DNA of 64,000 nt from positions 98,148,001-98,212,000 of the forward strand of contig NC_087436.1 in assembly GCF_036321535.1 (NCBI RefSeq), given 5' to 3'. Below are positions 61,850 to 64,000 of the stretch, in pieces. Source of the DNA: Camelus dromedarius. Lineage: Eukaryota. Within the stretch, counting starts at the first letter, position 1. Each line of letters begins with the position of its first letter. The notes below the pieces were generated by a model that did no database searches, was not told the DNA's origin, and saw nothing but the letters and a program-made list of their open reading frames with translations. Position numbers and translations under genes: made by a program.

Positions 61850-63950
61850 TACTAGGTTTTATTGAGTGGAAAAGAAAGACATTAAAGGATTTTGAGCATG
61901 TGAGTGACATAATATGCTTTGTATTTAATGGAGTCCAAAATGGATGAAAAGAAGGCAAAGGCATGAATAGTTAGAAGAGTTGGGAAGATATTATGATATT
62001 CTAATCTAGAAATGGCAGTGGTTGGATGAGGAAGGTAACAAAGGAAGTGAATGATCATATATGGATATATTTTGTCATCATAGCCAAAAGGATCTATTGG
62101 TGAATTCTACATGTGTTGTGGCAGAGAAAGAGAGCTAGAGGGAAAGAGGAGGAGAGAGTGAGATAGTGGCAAAGAGACAGATGGAGACATAGAAATGACC
62201 AGTCAACGGTGACTCCAAGATTGTGTTTCTGAGTTTCATTTACTGCAAGAGGAACACACTTGGAATGCAGAAGAGTTCATTTTTTCATAGATTGAATTTA
62301 GGTGCCTCTGAGGTAATGAATAGTCATTCGGACATTTTGAATTTGAATTCAATTGCAAAGAAGTAAAAGTTGAGACTATAAATATGGTGGATAGCAGCCT
62401 AGGAAGTTATTTAAAGAGAGGAGATTCAACGAAATCACCAAGGAAGAAATATGGGTATAAAAAAAATGTTCAAGGATTAACCCTGAGGGCATTTCAACAG
62501 AGAATTAAAGAAGAATCAGCAAAGGGGGTTGAGTGCTTAGAGAGGTAGGAAAGAATGGAAAAGGTATATTCTGGAAAACAAACAAAGTGTTTTAAGTGTA
62601 AGAATGTAGTCAGCTTTACTGAAGACTTATTAGAGGTTAAGTGAAAAAAGTGCTGAAAAATTGGTGTTTGGATATAGCAATTTGGTCACTGGTAACCTCG
62701 ATATGAGCAGTTATATTGAAATACTAGTGACAAAAGGCTGAAAGGAGTGGGCTGAAGAAAGACAGTAGGAAAGTCAATTATAGAAAATTCCTTTCATGAG
62801 TTTTACAGTAAATAGGAGGAAATAAATAGTACAAAATCTGGCATGAAAATTGGGTTAAAAGGCTTATTTATATTGGGAAAATAACATTTGGTCTTCATAA
62901 TGTTGGGGACAGGCCTGTAGAGAAAAGATTGATGTTACGAGAACAAGACAGTGGGATTGCTGGGGAAATGTCCTCATGTTCTCACTTAGTAGAGAAAAGA
63001 TGAGGTATGATGTAAAAGAGGGGACTGTCCTTTGCTAGAAGGACAGTTTACTCATTTTGACATAAAACACAGATGATGTGGGCACAGGCGCAGACAAGTG
63101 CAGGCAAATAGCAGGGGCCTTTGGATTTTGTCTTGTGATTGCTTCTCTTTTCTCAGATCATATTTTGATAATGAGAATAAGGAAAGATGTATCAGTTAAA
63201 GAAAAGGAGAAGTACTGAAATGATCACTTAGAGGAATGGGGAAGAGAAAGGACTAGGGAAATGTTACAGAATCCCTATCAAACTAAGAAGCATTCCCATT
63301 GAGGTAACAATCTCACATTTAGCTTCAGAGCAGTCAGGATGGTTGTGTGTTTTATTCCAGCTGTGTTTCTCTGTGTAGATGCAGATGTCATGTGGGTAGA
63401 GACTTGATTCATCCACAGTTGTGATTCAGTCATCTTAGTGACTGAATGCAAAAAATGAGAAAGTAATTACATGCTGTGTAATGAATAAATGTGGGGTTAA
63501 AGCTGTAAGCAAAGAAAGGAGGCTAGAAGCAGGGGAGGGATATTAATGGAATCAGTATTTTGCAGTTCTCAGTAAGACTGAAAGTATATTCAATGAAGAA
63601 ATTGGAAAAATGGCGAGTGGTGGCTGGAGAGTGAGGTGCTTGAAACTGAGTTGATATAGTAGGTAGAGCTGTAAATAAGGACATCTAGTATATGACACTC
63701 ATACGAGTGTCTAAGGTAGGGCTGGAGACCTGACAACTGGAAGAGAACATCAAGAAACTGAGAGGATATGGTTTTGGAAGGGTGATTGAGATAGACATTG
63801 GAATTACTGAGATCCATGACAGTGGCCTTGTTGGGGAGAGCCTCAGTGTGGCAGAATCTACGGTCTCCGTACCAGGAGGGAGAGTGACTAGACCCAAGGA
63901 TCAGCAAATACGTAAAACAAGCAGTAACGATGGTAGAGTCTGATTTCATA
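61850..63950 (-). mobile_element. Long LINE-2 remnant extending into the endonuclease domain
   Basis: L2 3' motifs (ggattttgagcatgtgagtgacat) at the left end. ORF 63590-63949 encodes L2 APE-like motifs (NVYLNHPSKTISSQFLDVL, HILDVLI, SLSSHH..FQ). Confidence 0.8.
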
Positions 63951-64000
63951 GCTAAATAACTTTTTTTTTTTTTTTTTTTTTTTTTTGGTGGAGAGAGAAA

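Noticed and set aside
59..63949. Supplied ORFs (60-119 aa) as protein-coding genes
   Set aside because: They are short, compositionally biased and lack recognisable cellular domains. Many are sense or antisense readings of L1, L2 or LTR remnants (e.g. 6729-6923, 17799-17999, 36379-36642, 42890-43192).

Overview
This is AT-rich, CpG-depleted mammalian (eutherian) genomic DNA, intronic or intergenic in character. A tRNA-derived SINE at ~28.8-28.95 kb and the 3' tails of the youngest L1s look camelid (alpaca/camel); that assignment is from recalled consensus sequences, not a search. Much of the window is transposon remains: old and younger LINE-1, LINE-2, MIR, MaLR/ERVL/ERV1 LTRs and hAT/Tigger MITEs. 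I cannot support any protein-coding gene, and the supplied ORFs are L1/L2 remnants or chance. The clearest non-TE feature is a full-length 7SK processed pseudogene with poly(A) tail and target-site duplication (15263-15592). The most interesting unexplained structures are: (1) a ~480-bp unidentified insert with L1-retrotransposition hallmarks (11516-11991); (2) a probable tail-only insertion (59124-59206); (3) a CpG-enriched unique segment with strong splice signals (12900-13270); (4) an old L1 with anomalous CpG gain (32640-33030); (5) a few candidate splice-site, microexon and recursive-splice motifs. I found no convincing novel multi-gene system. Repeat subfamily names and boundaries are by eye and approximate.
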